From Minisyncoccota bacterium (GTDB taxonomy: Bacteria; Patescibacteriota; Minisyncoccia; Minisyncoccales; JAQTVQ01): a stretch of DNA of 64,000 nucleotides. Below are positions 19,583 to 29,310 of the stretch, one piece after another. Position numbers and translations under genes: made by a program. The notes beneath the pieces were generated by a model. That model was not told the DNA's origin. It did not search any database and worked only from the letters and a program-made list of their open reading frames with translations. Within the stretch, counting starts at the first letter, position 1; the number at the start of each line of letters is the position of its first letter. The stretch covers positions 8,820-72,819 of the forward strand of contig JBBABZ010000003.1 in assembly GCA_041657385.1 (NCBI GenBank), written 5' to 3'.

Positions 19583-20038
19583 ATGGGTAAAAAGAAAATA
19601 ATCACAACAAATCCCGAACAGCTTATCAAAGAAAAGGAGAATATCGACAAAGCTGTCGCAGCTGAAGCGCCCGTTGCGGTCAGACCCCAAGCAACCAGAG
19701 AGGGTAAGATTTGCATTTTTAGCTCTTACAATAATACGATCATTGTCTTAACTGACAGTTTCGGTAATGTTGTGGCTCAAAAAAGCGCGGGAGGCATCGG
19801 ATTCAAGGGAACCAAAAAATCAACTCCTTTTGCCGCTTCCAAGGTAGCCGAAGCTTTAGGGCAGATCGCCTCGAAAGTGGGAATTAAAAAAGTTTTTGTG
19901 GAGGTTAAAGGAATCGGTTCCGGCCGTGAATCCGCCTTAAGATCCATTGCTAACCAAGGTTTTGATATAGCCGGTATTAAAGACAACACGCCGATCCCTC
20001 ATAATGGATGCCGCGCTAAAAAACCAAGAAGATTATAG
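19583..20038 (+). CDS. rpsK: 30S ribosomal protein S11
   Basis: SYNNTI, GFKGTKKSTPFAA, DNTPIPHNGCR. Confidence 0.99.
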   Translation: MGKKKIITTNPEQLIKEKENIDKAVAAEAPVAVRPQATREGKICIFSSYNNTIIVLTDSFGNVVAQKSAGGIGFKGTKKSTPFAASKVAEALGQIASKVGIKKVFVEVKGIGSGRESALRSIANQGFDIAGIKDNTPIPHNGCRAKKPRRL

Positions 20039-20068
20039 AATTTAATCGTCAAGCGACACAAAATTCCT

Positions 20069-20692
20069 ATGCAAGAATTAAAATGTAAAATTTGTAGAAG
20101 ATTGGGCTTAAAACTTTTTTTGAAAGGCGATCGTTGTTATTCCGTCAAATGCGCTATGATCAAAAGGCCATACGCTCCCGGTTTAAAAGGCAAAAGAAGA
20201 ACTTCAGCTCCATCTGAATACGGAAAACAGCTCCACGAATCCCAGAAAGTGAAGAAATGGTATAAGATCAGCGAGTCCCAGTTTGGAAATTACGTCCAAG
20301 ATGTTTTGGAGCACAGAGAAGGAAGCCAGAATGTTGCGAACGTTCTTGTTCAAAAATTGGAAAAAAGGCTTGATAATGTTGTCTATAGGCTCGGTTTTGC
20401 CAGTTCCAGATCGCAAGCCAGACAATTAGTGAATCATGGACATTTTTTAGTGAACGGCAAGGATGTTGATATCCCTTCTTATCAGGTAAAAGTAGGAGAT
20501 AAGATTTCAATCAAGAAAGCGAATGACGGAGCTTTGAAAAATTTGGCAGTTTCGATCAAAAAATACAATGCTCCGGCTTGGATAGAACTCGACAAAGAAA
20601 AGCTGGAAGGAAATATTAAAAAAGATCCTATCTTGGAAGACGCCCAATTACCGGCCGAGATCACTACTATCTTTGAGTTTTATTCCAGATAG
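20069..20692 (+). CDS. rpsD: 30S ribosomal protein S4
   Basis: CKICRR.G.KLFLKG, RLDNVVYRLG, ARQLVNHGH, EFYSR. Confidence 0.99.
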   Translation: MQELKCKICRRLGLKLFLKGDRCYSVKCAMIKRPYAPGLKGKRRTSAPSEYGKQLHESQKVKKWYKISESQFGNYVQDVLEHREGSQNVANVLVQKLEKRLDNVVYRLGFASSRSQARQLVNHGHFLVNGKDVDIPSYQVKVGDKISIKKANDGALKNLAVSIKKYNAPAWIELDKEKLEGNIKKDPILEDAQLPAEITTIFEFYSR

Positions 20693-20771
20693 TCAATAGT
20701 TAAAAACTAAAATAAAAATATAAACAAAAATGCCTCGGCTCTTCTTTGAGCAGAGGCGGACAAGCAAAATT

Positions 20772-21752
20772 ATGATCCCCTTGCCTCAATCGTTCAAAGT
20801 TAAAAAAATCAAGGACAATCATGCTTCTTTCGAAATGGAAGGATTTTGGCCTGGTTACGGCAGTACTTTGGGAAACGCTTTAAGGCGCGTGCTTTTGTCT
20901 TCTTTGGAGGGAGCCGCTGTTACCGAGGTTAAGATCCAGGGAGTTTCCCACGAATTTTCCACCATCCCGGGAGTTTCCGAAGATGTATTGCAGATTTTGA
21001 TGAACTTGAAGAGGCTAAGATTCAAAAGCTTTACCAACGAACCGCAAAAAGTCACTTTGAGCGTTCAGGGAGAAAAAGAAGCCAAGGGGTCGGATATCAG
21101 GCTTTCTCCGCAAGTTGAGCTGGCGAATCCGGAAATGGTCATTGCCACGATCAATGATAAAAAAGCCAGCTTGGAGATGGAATTGCAGATCGAAAGAGGA
21201 GTAGGCTATGTTTCCCAAGAATTGATCAAAAATAAAAAACCGGAGATCGGCGTCATTGCTTTGGATGCTATTTTCACTCCGATCAAGAGCGTTAACTATA
21301 AAGTGGAGAATATGCGCGTAGGAGGCAGAACTGATTTTGATAAACTTGAAGTAGAAGTCGAAACCGACGGCACTATTGATCCAGAAACCGCTTTTGCCCA
21401 AGCTCTTGATATTTTGCTTGGACAGATGCAATTTATTAAAGAAAATTTGAATCCGGTAGAACCCAAGATCATTCCAGCCGAGCCGGTTGAAGAAAAAACA
21501 GAGAAAGCCGCGGAAGAAAAGATCGAAGCCAAAAAAGAACCAGTTGTTTCCGCTGTTGCCGATAAAGATCTAAGCGAGTTGAAAATTTCCAGCCGCACTT
21601 TGAATGTTTTGACCGATCACAAGATCAAAACAGTCGCCGGATTAACTTCCAAAACCGCCGAAGATATTGCTAATTTGAAAGGCATGGGAGAAAAAGGTAT
21701 GAAAGAAATAAGAAAGGCCTTAAAGAAAATGGACCTGGACTTTAAACTGTAA
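20772..21752 (+). CDS. rpoA: RNA polymerase alpha subunit
   Basis: GYGSTLGNALRRVLLSS, HEFSTIPGV.ED, DAIFTP, alpha-CTD. Confidence 0.99.
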   Translation: MIPLPQSFKVKKIKDNHASFEMEGFWPGYGSTLGNALRRVLLSSLEGAAVTEVKIQGVSHEFSTIPGVSEDVLQILMNLKRLRFKSFTNEPQKVTLSVQGEKEAKGSDIRLSPQVELANPEMVIATINDKKASLEMELQIERGVGYVSQELIKNKKPEIGVIALDAIFTPIKSVNYKVENMRVGGRTDFDKLEVEVETDGTIDPETAFAQALDILLGQMQFIKENLNPVEPKIIPAEPVEEKTEKAAEEKIEAKKEPVVSAVADKDLSELKISSRTLNVLTDHKIKTVAGLTSKTAEDIANLKGMGEKGMKEIRKALKKMDLDFKL

Positions 21753-21785
21753 ATTGGAGCCATTATAAATTAAACCAAAAGAAAG

Positions 21786-22136
21786 ATGCGAAATCTAATC
21801 AAAGGCAGAAAATTTCATAGGGAAAAAGCGCAAAGAGAAGCTATGTTCAAAACAATGGCCACTTCTTTGATTTTGAAAGAAAAGATCAAAACAGGTGAAG
21901 CCAAAGCCAAAGAATTAGCCGGTTATGTGGAAAAGAAGATCACTCATGCCAAAAAAGGCGATTTGGCCGCCACTCGTTATCTGGCCAGATTTTTTTGCGC
22001 GAAAGCGGTCGCCAAATTGGTAAAAGAGATCGGTCCGAAATACAAAGATCGCACCGGCGGATACACCAGCATTACCAAGCTAGGTCCCAGAAAAACAGAT
22101 GGAGCCAAAATGGCGGTAATTGAATTAGTTAAATAA
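21786..22136 (+). CDS. rplQ: 50S ribosomal protein L17
   Basis: KAKEL, R.GGYT.I.K.G.R..DGA.MAVIELV. Confidence 0.98.
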   Translation: MRNLIKGRKFHREKAQREAMFKTMATSLILKEKIKTGEAKAKELAGYVEKKITHAKKGDLAATRYLARFFCAKAVAKLVKEIGPKYKDRTGGYTSITKLGPRKTDGAKMAVIELVK

Positions 22137-22152
22137 ATAAAATTTTTAAAAT

Positions 22153-22503
22153 ATGGAAGCAAGACAAACCCACATTATTGACGCCGCCGACAAGCCCTTG
22201 GGAAGGTTAGCGACGGAATTAGTTATCCTTTTAAGAGGCAAGCAAAAACAAACCTTTGCTCCGAACAAAGATTGTGGCGATTTTGTAGTGGTTAAGAATA
22301 TCAAAAAAGTTTTTTTCAGCGGGGACAAACTTAACCAAAAGAAATATTTTATTCACACAGGATATATCGGCAACGATAGAGAACAAGCTATGTCCGAAGT
22401 TTTTACAAAGAATCCCGGGGAAGTTTTAAAGAGGGCCGTTTCCGGAATGATGCCTAAAAATAAATTAAGACCGATCCAGATTAAAAGACTTAAGGTCCAA
22501 TAA
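22153..22503 (+). CDS. rplM: 50S ribosomal protein L13 (short form)
   Basis: IDA...LGRLA, D.GDFVVV.N, HTGY, AVSGMMPKN. Confidence 0.97.
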   Translation: MEARQTHIIDAADKPLGRLATELVILLRGKQKQTFAPNKDCGDFVVVKNIKKVFFSGDKLNQKKYFIHTGYIGNDREQAMSEVFTKNPGEVLKRAVSGMMPKNKLRPIQIKRLKVQ

Positions 22504-22526
22504 GAATTTTTGCGAGCAATATCAAT

Positions 22527-23162
22527 ATGCCAACAACTAAATCAAAAGAAACAACAACTAAAAAGAAAGTTCCGGCCAAAAAAGAGGAAACTGTAAAAAG
22601 GGTTGCCAAAAAAGAAGCCGTCGTTGAAGAAAAAAAGATAGCCGCTCCAGTCGTTGAAGTGATTATTGAACCGGTTATCGAACCGGTTGTTGAGCCGGAA
22701 GTTGTTGAAATGTCAGGTACTTCAGTGATCATTGACGGTGAAGAGTTTGCCACTGAGCCGACCGATAAAAATGCCAAGTATTTCGCTGGAGTCGGACGCA
22801 GAAAAACCGCTTCCGCCCGCGCTTTGCTGTTCACTCGCGGAATCAAAGAATTCATTGTTAATGGAAAAGACTATAAACAATATTTCCAAACTTTTGATTT
22901 GCAGCAAAAAGCCCTCGGATCGTTGAATAAAATGAAATCGTTGGAAAGATTTCGAGTGATGGTCAAAGTCCAAGGGGGAGGCCTTACCGGCCAAGCCGAA
23001 GCCATCAGATTGGCAATTGCCAGAGCTTTGATAGACTTCAGCGTTGATTACAGAAAGAGGTTAAAGAAAGCCGGATTTTTGACCAGAGATTCCAGAAGAA
23101 AAGAAAGAAAAAAACCGGGATTGAAGGGAGCTCGCAGAGCACCGCAATTCAGCAAGCGTTAA
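22527..23162 (+). CDS. rpsI: 30S ribosomal protein S9 with N-terminal low-complexity extension
   Basis: GRRKTA.AR, GGGLTGQAEAIR, LTRD.R..ERKK.GL..ARRAPQFSKR. Confidence 0.99.
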   Translation: MPTTKSKETTTKKKVPAKKEETVKRVAKKEAVVEEKKIAAPVVEVIIEPVIEPVVEPEVVEMSGTSVIIDGEEFATEPTDKNAKYFAGVGRRKTASARALLFTRGIKEFIVNGKDYKQYFQTFDLQQKALGSLNKMKSLERFRVMVKVQGGGLTGQAEAIRLAIARALIDFSVDYRKRLKKAGFLTRDSRRKERKKPGLKGARRAPQFSKR

Positions 23163-23178
23163 AACCAAAATATATTAC

Positions 23179-23210
23179 ACAAAAAGCGCACCCCTCGGTG
23201 CGTTTTTTGT
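23179..23210 (+). terminator. Terminator of ribosomal operon; overlaps a TTGACA-17-TATATT promoter (23210-23238)
   Basis: ACAAAAAGCGCAC...GTGCGTTTTTTGT. Confidence 0.8.
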
Positions 23211-23316
23211 TGACAAAAACAGATAGATATTGTATATTTAATTTCATTGCCAGCACTTATTAGTCTGACAGCCTAACGCTGTCGGCCTAATAAGGGTAGG
23301 CCGACGCACATTTAAA

Positions 23317-23730
23317 ATGTCTTTTTGGGATTTTTGCCAATTTATTTTCTTCGTCGTTGTAGTATCTTTTGGTTGTATACTAATGGCTACAATATATGAA
23401 TATATTGATTTGAGAGAAGGCGTAATGTCTGGGACTCCTTTGATTACCGGTTTATATGCTTCAAAGGGGGGTTCTAGCATCAATTTTGCTGAAAACAACT
23501 TCGAGGAAAATAACGGCAGTCGAGGAACGTGGTCTCAATACAAAGAAGAGATCGAGTTAGTCAGAATCGACGGAAATAAAAAAAGCTTTTGCGTATTTTT
23601 TAATTCCGAAAGATTGATAGAAATTACGGATAAATGTAAATGCGAGATGATGACTTTAGCGATCGAAGGCTGTATGAAAAACAGTTATTACAGGCTTTCC
23701 GCGCTTCCCGCTGTTCCTATCCAGCAGTAG
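23317..23730 (+). CDS. Hypothetical protein with N-terminal TM segment
   Basis: 137-aa ORF with its own promoter and terminator. Confidence 0.6.
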   Translation: MSFWDFCQFIFFVVVVSFGCILMATIYEYIDLREGVMSGTPLITGLYASKGGSSINFAENNFEENNGSRGTWSQYKEEIELVRIDGNKKSFCVFFNSERLIEITDKCKCEMMTLAIEGCMKNSYYRLSALPAVPIQQ

Positions 23731-23744
23731 TAGTATTTCGTATC

Positions 23745-23829
23745 AAAACGCACAACCCTTAGTGCGTTTTTTGTTTTGCCCCTGCCTACCGGCAGGCAGG
23801 GGCCGTAGCTTGTAAAGCGGAGGCGGGGG
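23745..23829. terminator. Terminator followed by REP-like palindromes
   Basis: AAAACGCAC...GTGCGTTTTTT; CCCCTGCCTACCGGCAGGCAGGGG; CCGTAGCTT..AGCGGAGGCGGG. Confidence 0.7.
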
Positions 23830-23843
23830 TCTCTACGACAAGG

Positions 23844-25253
23844 TTATAGTCCTAACCCTGTCGGTAAAAGTTTGTCCGAGGCGAAGAGCGAGCCGTTGCT
23901 CAAAGCGTAAAGTTTTTTGTTTTTTTGGCAGAACCAAACTTTAGGATCGGCGAGCTGGCCGATATTGTAAGTGTTAAGATTGGAACGGGTATCGATCTCG
24001 CTTAAAGTTATTTGGCCGGCGTTGGCAAAGGCGAAATAATCGTCCTCGATCCAATCCGAACTCTGGACCGGCTGGCTGAAGCGCGAGATAAAAATTTTAG
24101 ATCCGGCGGTTTCCTGGAAAGGAACATCAATTTTTTTAAGCAAATAGACCTCGATCTCATTTTGCATTTGGCAAAGAAGCTTATCTCCGAAAGGAGACAG
24201 CTTTATGCTTTTTACGCCGTCAAAGATCTTCTCAAGGCCTTTGCTTTTTTCATCCAAGGCATAAAGGCTTTCATCTTCCTTTAAAAATGGACTTCCCTCA
24301 AAAACCATTAGTTCGTAAGCCGGACTTTTTTTAAAATTGAATAATTTTTCCGTTAGTTCCTGGGTCGGAAAATTTTTATTTTGGTCTATTTTTAGAGTTT
24401 TTCCTTCCTGGGTCAAAAGATAAAAGTAGCCGTTGTCCAATGTAAAAGTCTTGATCTTGTCTTTCAAAAATTGGGCGGGCAGATCGTCGGAATTAAGAGA
24501 TTTTTTCAAAATAAAGCCTTCTTCCTGCCAAAAGAACAATTCTTCTCCAAAGGAGCTGGCCAAAAAGATATTTTCAGACTTCTTGCTTAAAAAATCGAGT
24601 TTTTGCGCGGACGGATCGTCGGTTTTCAGATCAGCAAAAAAGTAATTTTCTTTCAGGGTTTTTTTATTTTTTAAATATAGCAGCAAATATTGGGAGCCGA
24701 CAGTCCTTAATTCAAGCAATTCGTATCCGGCCAAGAAAAGATCGAGTTTTTTTAGCTCCGTTTCTTTTTCGCGCCCAAGATCATAGATCGATATTCTTTT
24801 TAATTGGTTCGATCCGGTCGAGTTTTGCAAAATAATTTTTTCGCCGTCTAGCGGATAAAAATTTTCAATGTTCGATTTGACTTCGGCAAAAGAAATTTTT
24901 TCTGGGAAAAGAATGATGTTTTTTGCTTCAGCCACTTTGGTTTCTTTGACTTCCAAATTTTTAGACCAAGAAGAATATCCTTCTTTTTCTATCGTGACAT
25001 TGTATTCTTTGGGCAATAAACCTTGGACGAAAAGATAGTCATTGATAGGCTGGGTTCGGCCGATCAATTTTTGATTCAAGATGACTTTGGCGTTAGACGG
25101 AGAAACTTTGACAAATATCCCTCCGGTTTTTAAGAATTTTAAATTTTTGAGATCAAAGCGGTATCCTTGGGCGTAAAAAACGGCGCTTATCGCTCCTAAA
25201 GCGAATAGGACAGACAAAATTAAAAAGAGAAAAGTTCGCGTTGTTTTGGTCAT
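23844..25253 (-). CDS. PEGA-domain exported protein
   Basis: N-terminal TM, YAQGYR.D....KTGG, L.P..Y.V.I.KEGY..W.K. Confidence 0.8.
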   Translation of the reverse strand: MTKTTRTFLFLILSVLFALGAISAVFYAQGYRFDLKNLKFLKTGGIFVKVSPSNAKVILNQKLIGRTQPINDYLFVQGLLPKEYNVTIEKEGYSSWSKNLEVKETKVAEAKNIILFPEKISFAEVKSNIENFYPLDGEKIILQNSTGSNQLKRISIYDLGREKETELKKLDLFLAGYELLELRTVGSQYLLLYLKNKKTLKENYFFADLKTDDPSAQKLDFLSKKSENIFLASSFGEELFFWQEEGFILKKSLNSDDLPAQFLKDKIKTFTLDNGYFYLLTQEGKTLKIDQNKNFPTQELTEKLFNFKKSPAYELMVFEGSPFLKEDESLYALDEKSKGLEKIFDGVKSIKLSPFGDKLLCQMQNEIEVYLLKKIDVPFQETAGSKIFISRFSQPVQSSDWIEDDYFAFANAGQITLSEIDTRSNLNTYNIGQLADPKVWFCQKNKKLYALSNGSLFASDKLLPTGLGL

Positions 25254-25319
25254 TTTGCGCTATTATAGCCTAATTTTTCGGGCTTGCCAACCCAAAAAAA
25301 TTAAGTTAAGATACCCGTA

Positions 25320-26585
25320 ATGGAAGAGAAATTCGTTATAAAAGGAGGCAAATATCTGTCAGGGGAAGTAGAAATAGGGGGTTATAAAAATGCGGCCGGA
25401 CCGGCGTTGGCCGCAGCCTTATTGACGGAAGAAGAATGCCGGCTGTCCAATATGCCGTTAGTGGAAGATGTTTTCCGGCTTGTTGAAGTTTTGAAGGGAA
25501 TGGGAGCGGAAATTTCATGGGTAGGCAAAAATGAATTAAAAATAAAAGCCGGATCTAATCTTGATCCGAATAAGATCGATCCGTTGTTGGTCAGTAAATC
25601 CCGCATATCCGTTCTGCTTATAGGAGCTTTGGCTGCCCGCTTTAAAGAGTTCAAGATCGCTCATCCGGGCGGCGATCGGATCGGCTTAAGGCCGATTTTT
25701 ACGCATCTCAAAGCGTTAGAAGCTTTGGGGGTAAGATCTTTCGCCGAAGATAATTTTTATCATTTCAAAAGAGAAGAGTTAAAAGGGGCAGAAGTTATTT
25801 TGAAGGAATTTTCCGTGACTGCCACCGAGAATTTGATTTTGGCCGCGGTTTTAGCCGAAGGAACTACCGTTATCAAAATTGCGGCTGCCGAACCTCAAGT
25901 CCAGGATCTTTGCTTCCAGCTTGTTCAGATGGGAGCTAAGATCGAAGGGATCGGCACTCATACTTTAAAAATAGAAGGGCAGAAAAAGCTTTCGGGAGTC
26001 AACTATCGCATCATTCCCGATGTTAATGAATCCGCAACTTTTATTGCCGCTAGCGTTTTTACTAAAGATAAAGTCAAGGTCATTAATGCTCTGCCGGATC
26101 ATCTAGATCTGTTCTTGGATAAATTGCAAGAAATGGGAGTTAATTTAAAAAAGGGAAAAGACTTTGTGGAGGTTTACGCTTCCCCCGATTTGCGTGCTGT
26201 GCGCATTCAAGCTTTGCCTTTCCCGGGTTTTGCCACTGATTTTTTACCCGTAACTTTGCCGCTTCTAACCCAAGCTGTCGGGAAAAGCTTGATCCATGAT
26301 CCTCTTTACGAAAACAGGCTTAACTATACTCAAGAGCTTAAAAAGATGGGAGCGGATATTGAAATAGTCGATCCCCACCGCGTTATTGTTTTTGGCAAGA
26401 CCCCTTTGAGCGGGGTTGATATCGAAAGCTGGGACATCAGAGCTGGCGCCTCGCTTGTCATTGCCGGGCTTTTCGCCAAAGGCACGACCGTAGTGAAGAA
26501 TATTTATCAGATCGACCGCGGCTATGAAAAAATGGAAGAAAAACTCCAAAAGATGGGAGCGGATATTAAAAGGATTAAAGTTTAG
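25320..26585 (+). CDS. murA: UDP-N-acetylglucosamine 1-carboxyvinyltransferase
   Basis: KNAA, PGGDRIG.RP, SVTATEN, PGFATD, DIRAG, IDRGYE. Confidence 0.97.
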   Translation: MEEKFVIKGGKYLSGEVEIGGYKNAAGPALAAALLTEEECRLSNMPLVEDVFRLVEVLKGMGAEISWVGKNELKIKAGSNLDPNKIDPLLVSKSRISVLLIGALAARFKEFKIAHPGGDRIGLRPIFTHLKALEALGVRSFAEDNFYHFKREELKGAEVILKEFSVTATENLILAAVLAEGTTVIKIAAAEPQVQDLCFQLVQMGAKIEGIGTHTLKIEGQKKLSGVNYRIIPDVNESATFIAASVFTKDKVKVINALPDHLDLFLDKLQEMGVNLKKGKDFVEVYASPDLRAVRIQALPFPGFATDFLPVTLPLLTQAVGKSLIHDPLYENRLNYTQELKKMGADIEIVDPHRVIVFGKTPLSGVDIESWDIRAGASLVIAGLFAKGTTVVKNIYQIDRGYEKMEEKLQKMGADIKRIKV

Positions 26586-26595
26586 AAAAAAATAT

Positions 26596-27600
26596 ATGAA
26601 AATAGGCATCGATCTAGGAACAAAAAATTCATTGGTTTTTTTACCAAAAAAGGGGGTGGTTTTGGACGAGCCTTCGGTGATCGCTGTTTCTCTTAGCGAG
26701 AATAAGATTTTAGCTGTAGGCAAGGACGCCAAAGAAATGATCGGCCGCACTCCGGACAGCATTCAAGTTTTCCGTCCATTGAAAGACGGCGTGATCGCCG
26801 ATCACCGTATTACCCAAGCGATGTTGAGGCATTTTATCAAGAAAGCTTGCACTGGGTTCCATCGTTTTATAAAGCCGGAACTTTTGATCGGCGTGCCGGT
26901 CGGCATTACTTCAACTGAAAGGAGGGCGGTTATTGAAGCCGGTATTCTGGCCGGAGCCAAAGAAGTTTTTATTGCTAAAGAGCCTATCTTGTCGGCTATC
27001 GGCGCGGGCATCCCGATCAACTCTTGCTCAGGCCATCTGATCTTGGATATGGGCGGAGGAACTTCCGAAGTGGCTGTGATCTCTTTGGGCGGGATCGTTT
27101 CCGGCCGTTCTATCCGCATTGCCGGCGACGAGCTCGATGAAGCGATCGCCCAATATATCAAAGACAAATATAATTTAGCCATTGGCGACCAAACAGCTGA
27201 AGAATCAAAAATAAAGATCGGTACCGCGGTCAACGAAAAAGATCCCAGGTTTTTGGAGATCCGCGGACGGGATCTTATTTTGGGATTGCCTAAGACGATA
27301 AAAGTTTCTTCAAATGAAATTTGCACCGCCATAGAGGATCCGCTAGAAGAGATCGTCCAGTGCGTGAAAGATGTTCTAAGGGAGACTCCGCCGGAATTGG
27401 CAGCCGATATCATGAATACTGGAATGGTTATGGCCGGAGGAGGGGCTTTAATACGCAATATCTCCATCCTGATCTCCCAATCGATCGGCGTGCCTTGTTT
27501 TGTTGCCGATGATCCTTTACGCTGCGTGGCGAAGGGAGCCGGACTAATGCTGGATAATCTTGATCTTTATAAGCGCAGCGTGATGACTAAAAAGATTTAA
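26596..27600 (+). CDS. mreB: Rod shape-determining protein MreB/Mbl, paralog 1
   Basis: IGIDLGT, EPSVIA, DMGGGTSE, ETPPEL, GGGAL. Confidence 0.95.
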   Translation: MKIGIDLGTKNSLVFLPKKGVVLDEPSVIAVSLSENKILAVGKDAKEMIGRTPDSIQVFRPLKDGVIADHRITQAMLRHFIKKACTGFHRFIKPELLIGVPVGITSTERRAVIEAGILAGAKEVFIAKEPILSAIGAGIPINSCSGHLILDMGGGTSEVAVISLGGIVSGRSIRIAGDELDEAIAQYIKDKYNLAIGDQTAEESKIKIGTAVNEKDPRFLEIRGRDLILGLPKTIKVSSNEICTAIEDPLEEIVQCVKDVLRETPPELAADIMNTGMVMAGGGALIRNISILISQSIGVPCFVADDPLRCVAKGAGLMLDNLDLYKRSVMTKKI

Positions 27601-27627
27601 TTTTTTTCGAACTTAAGTTTTACAATT

Positions 27628-28536
27628 ATGCTGGTTGGCCTTCAAAAACAATGGCATATTTTAAGAATAATGGCTGATGCGGAAAAGCTGCCGCACGCGC
27701 TTTTGCTTTCCGGACCGGATAAGATCGGCAAAAAAACTTTAGCCTTGGAATTGGTTAAATTTATTTTTTGCCAAGAAGAAAATAAGCTAGACGGGTTCGC
27801 CTGCGGAAAATGCCGCGCTTGCCTTGATGTTGAAAAAAAGACCCACCCCGATCTCGCCATGATCCTGCCCGAAGAAGGGTCCATCAAAATAGCGCAGATA
27901 AGAGATCTGGAATGGCGCCTTTCGTTAAAGCCTTATAGTGCTAAAATAAAAGTAGGGATCATCGATGACGCCCATCTTATACTGCCCGATGCCCAAAACA
28001 GCTTATTGAAAACCTTGGAAGAGCCAAAAGGAAAAACACTTTTGATCTTGGTCTCTTCCAATCCGCAGATGCTTTTGAAAACGGTTTTTTCAAGAGTCCA
28101 AACAATGAAATTTTTTTTGGCTTCCGATAAGGAGATCAGAGAAAGTCTTATTGATCTGGGCGCGGGCAAAGAGAAAGCCGAAAAAATTGCGAAATTTTCT
28201 TTAGGGAGGCCAGGCCAGGCCATAGATTTTTTAAGAGTCCCGGAAAAATTTTCAGCTCGGGAAGAAATTTTGGCGGAGATAGAAAAAATTATCAAGGCCA
28301 AAATTCCGGAAAGATTCAGTTATGTTAAAAAAATAACAGATGCTCCCGAGAGCACAAATGAAATATTGGCTTTGTGGGAGAGGCAATTAAGGGATATGCT
28401 GATCGCTGATCCGAAAGCCCCATCCAGCTTTGTCCAGTCGATTAAAAACTTGGAAGAAACGGTCCATTTAATTAAAACGACCAATGTAAACCAAAGATTG
28501 GCTTTAGAAAATTTAATGTTGAATTTAAATATTTAG
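27628..28536 (+). CDS. holB: DNA polymerase III delta' subunit
   Basis: HALLLSGP..IGK, CGKCRAC, HPD, AQNSLLKTLEEP, SR. Confidence 0.92.
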   Translation: MLVGLQKQWHILRIMADAEKLPHALLLSGPDKIGKKTLALELVKFIFCQEENKLDGFACGKCRACLDVEKKTHPDLAMILPEEGSIKIAQIRDLEWRLSLKPYSAKIKVGIIDDAHLILPDAQNSLLKTLEEPKGKTLLILVSSNPQMLLKTVFSRVQTMKFFLASDKEIRESLIDLGAGKEKAEKIAKFSLGRPGQAIDFLRVPEKFSAREEILAEIEKIIKAKIPERFSYVKKITDAPESTNEILALWERQLRDMLIADPKAPSSFVQSIKNLEETVHLIKTTNVNQRLALENLMLNLNI

Positions 28537-28620
28537 TCTGTCTGGCTGCGCCAGACAGCCGCCTAATTAATTTCGCAGGTTAAAAGCCCAAGAAAAAAAT
28601 TGGCGGAAATAAAATAATAT

Positions 28621-29181
28621 ATGATGACATACAAACAAATCATAGACTCGATTAAGCCGGAATTGATAAAAGTGGTTGATTTCACCCAGAAAAAATTATC
28701 GTCTATCCGCACCGGACGCGCGAGTCCCGTTCTGGTTGAAAATATCCAGGTTGAAATTTTTGGGGAGAAGATGCCCGTTAAGCAATTAGGCGCTATTTCT
28801 ATTCTAAACGCCCAGCAGCTTCTGATCCAATGCTGGGATACCTCTTATATGGATCCGATACAAAGAGCTATTCTTGAACACGGATCGGGGATGGGATGCT
28901 CGGTTGACCAAGACGGAGTGAAAGTTAATTTGCCGCCTCTTTCCTCTGACCTTCGTAAGGAGTTAGTTAAAGTTCTCTCCCAAACCGAAGAAGAAGGAAA
29001 TAAGACGATCAGGCGTTTCCGCGATGAAGCTTGGTCTACTTTACAGAGAGAGCAAAGAGAGGGAAACATCCGCGAGGACGACAAATTCAAAGGCAAAGAC
29101 GATCTGCAAAAACTGGTGGACGAATACAGCAAAAAGATCGGAGACCTGATCAAGATCAAACAAAAAGAGCTGGAAGAATAA
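28621..29181 (+). CDS. frr: Ribosome recycling factor
   Basis: IRTGRASP, PPLS...RKELVK, EDD, LQKL.D. Confidence 0.96.
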   Translation: MMTYKQIIDSIKPELIKVVDFTQKKLSSIRTGRASPVLVENIQVEIFGEKMPVKQLGAISILNAQQLLIQCWDTSYMDPIQRAILEHGSGMGCSVDQDGVKVNLPPLSSDLRKELVKVLSQTEEEGNKTIRRFRDEAWSTLQREQREGNIREDDKFKGKDDLQKLVDEYSKKIGDLIKIKQKELEE

Positions 29182-29187
29182 CCGTGT

Positions 29188-29307
29188 AATTTTCAATTTT
29201 CAATTTTTAATTTTCATTCAATTTTCAATTTTATAATTTTCAAACCAATCCATTCCGGTAGTGCGGTTTAGAAATTAATCCGCCAGCAGGCGGAATTAGA
29301 AATTCAA
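29188..29307 (+). repeat. AT-rich heptamer (AATTTTC) intergenic element with CCGCCAGC.GGCGG palindrome, copy A
   Basis: Aligns by eye with 33076-33246. Confidence 0.7.
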
Positions 29308-29310
29308 GTC

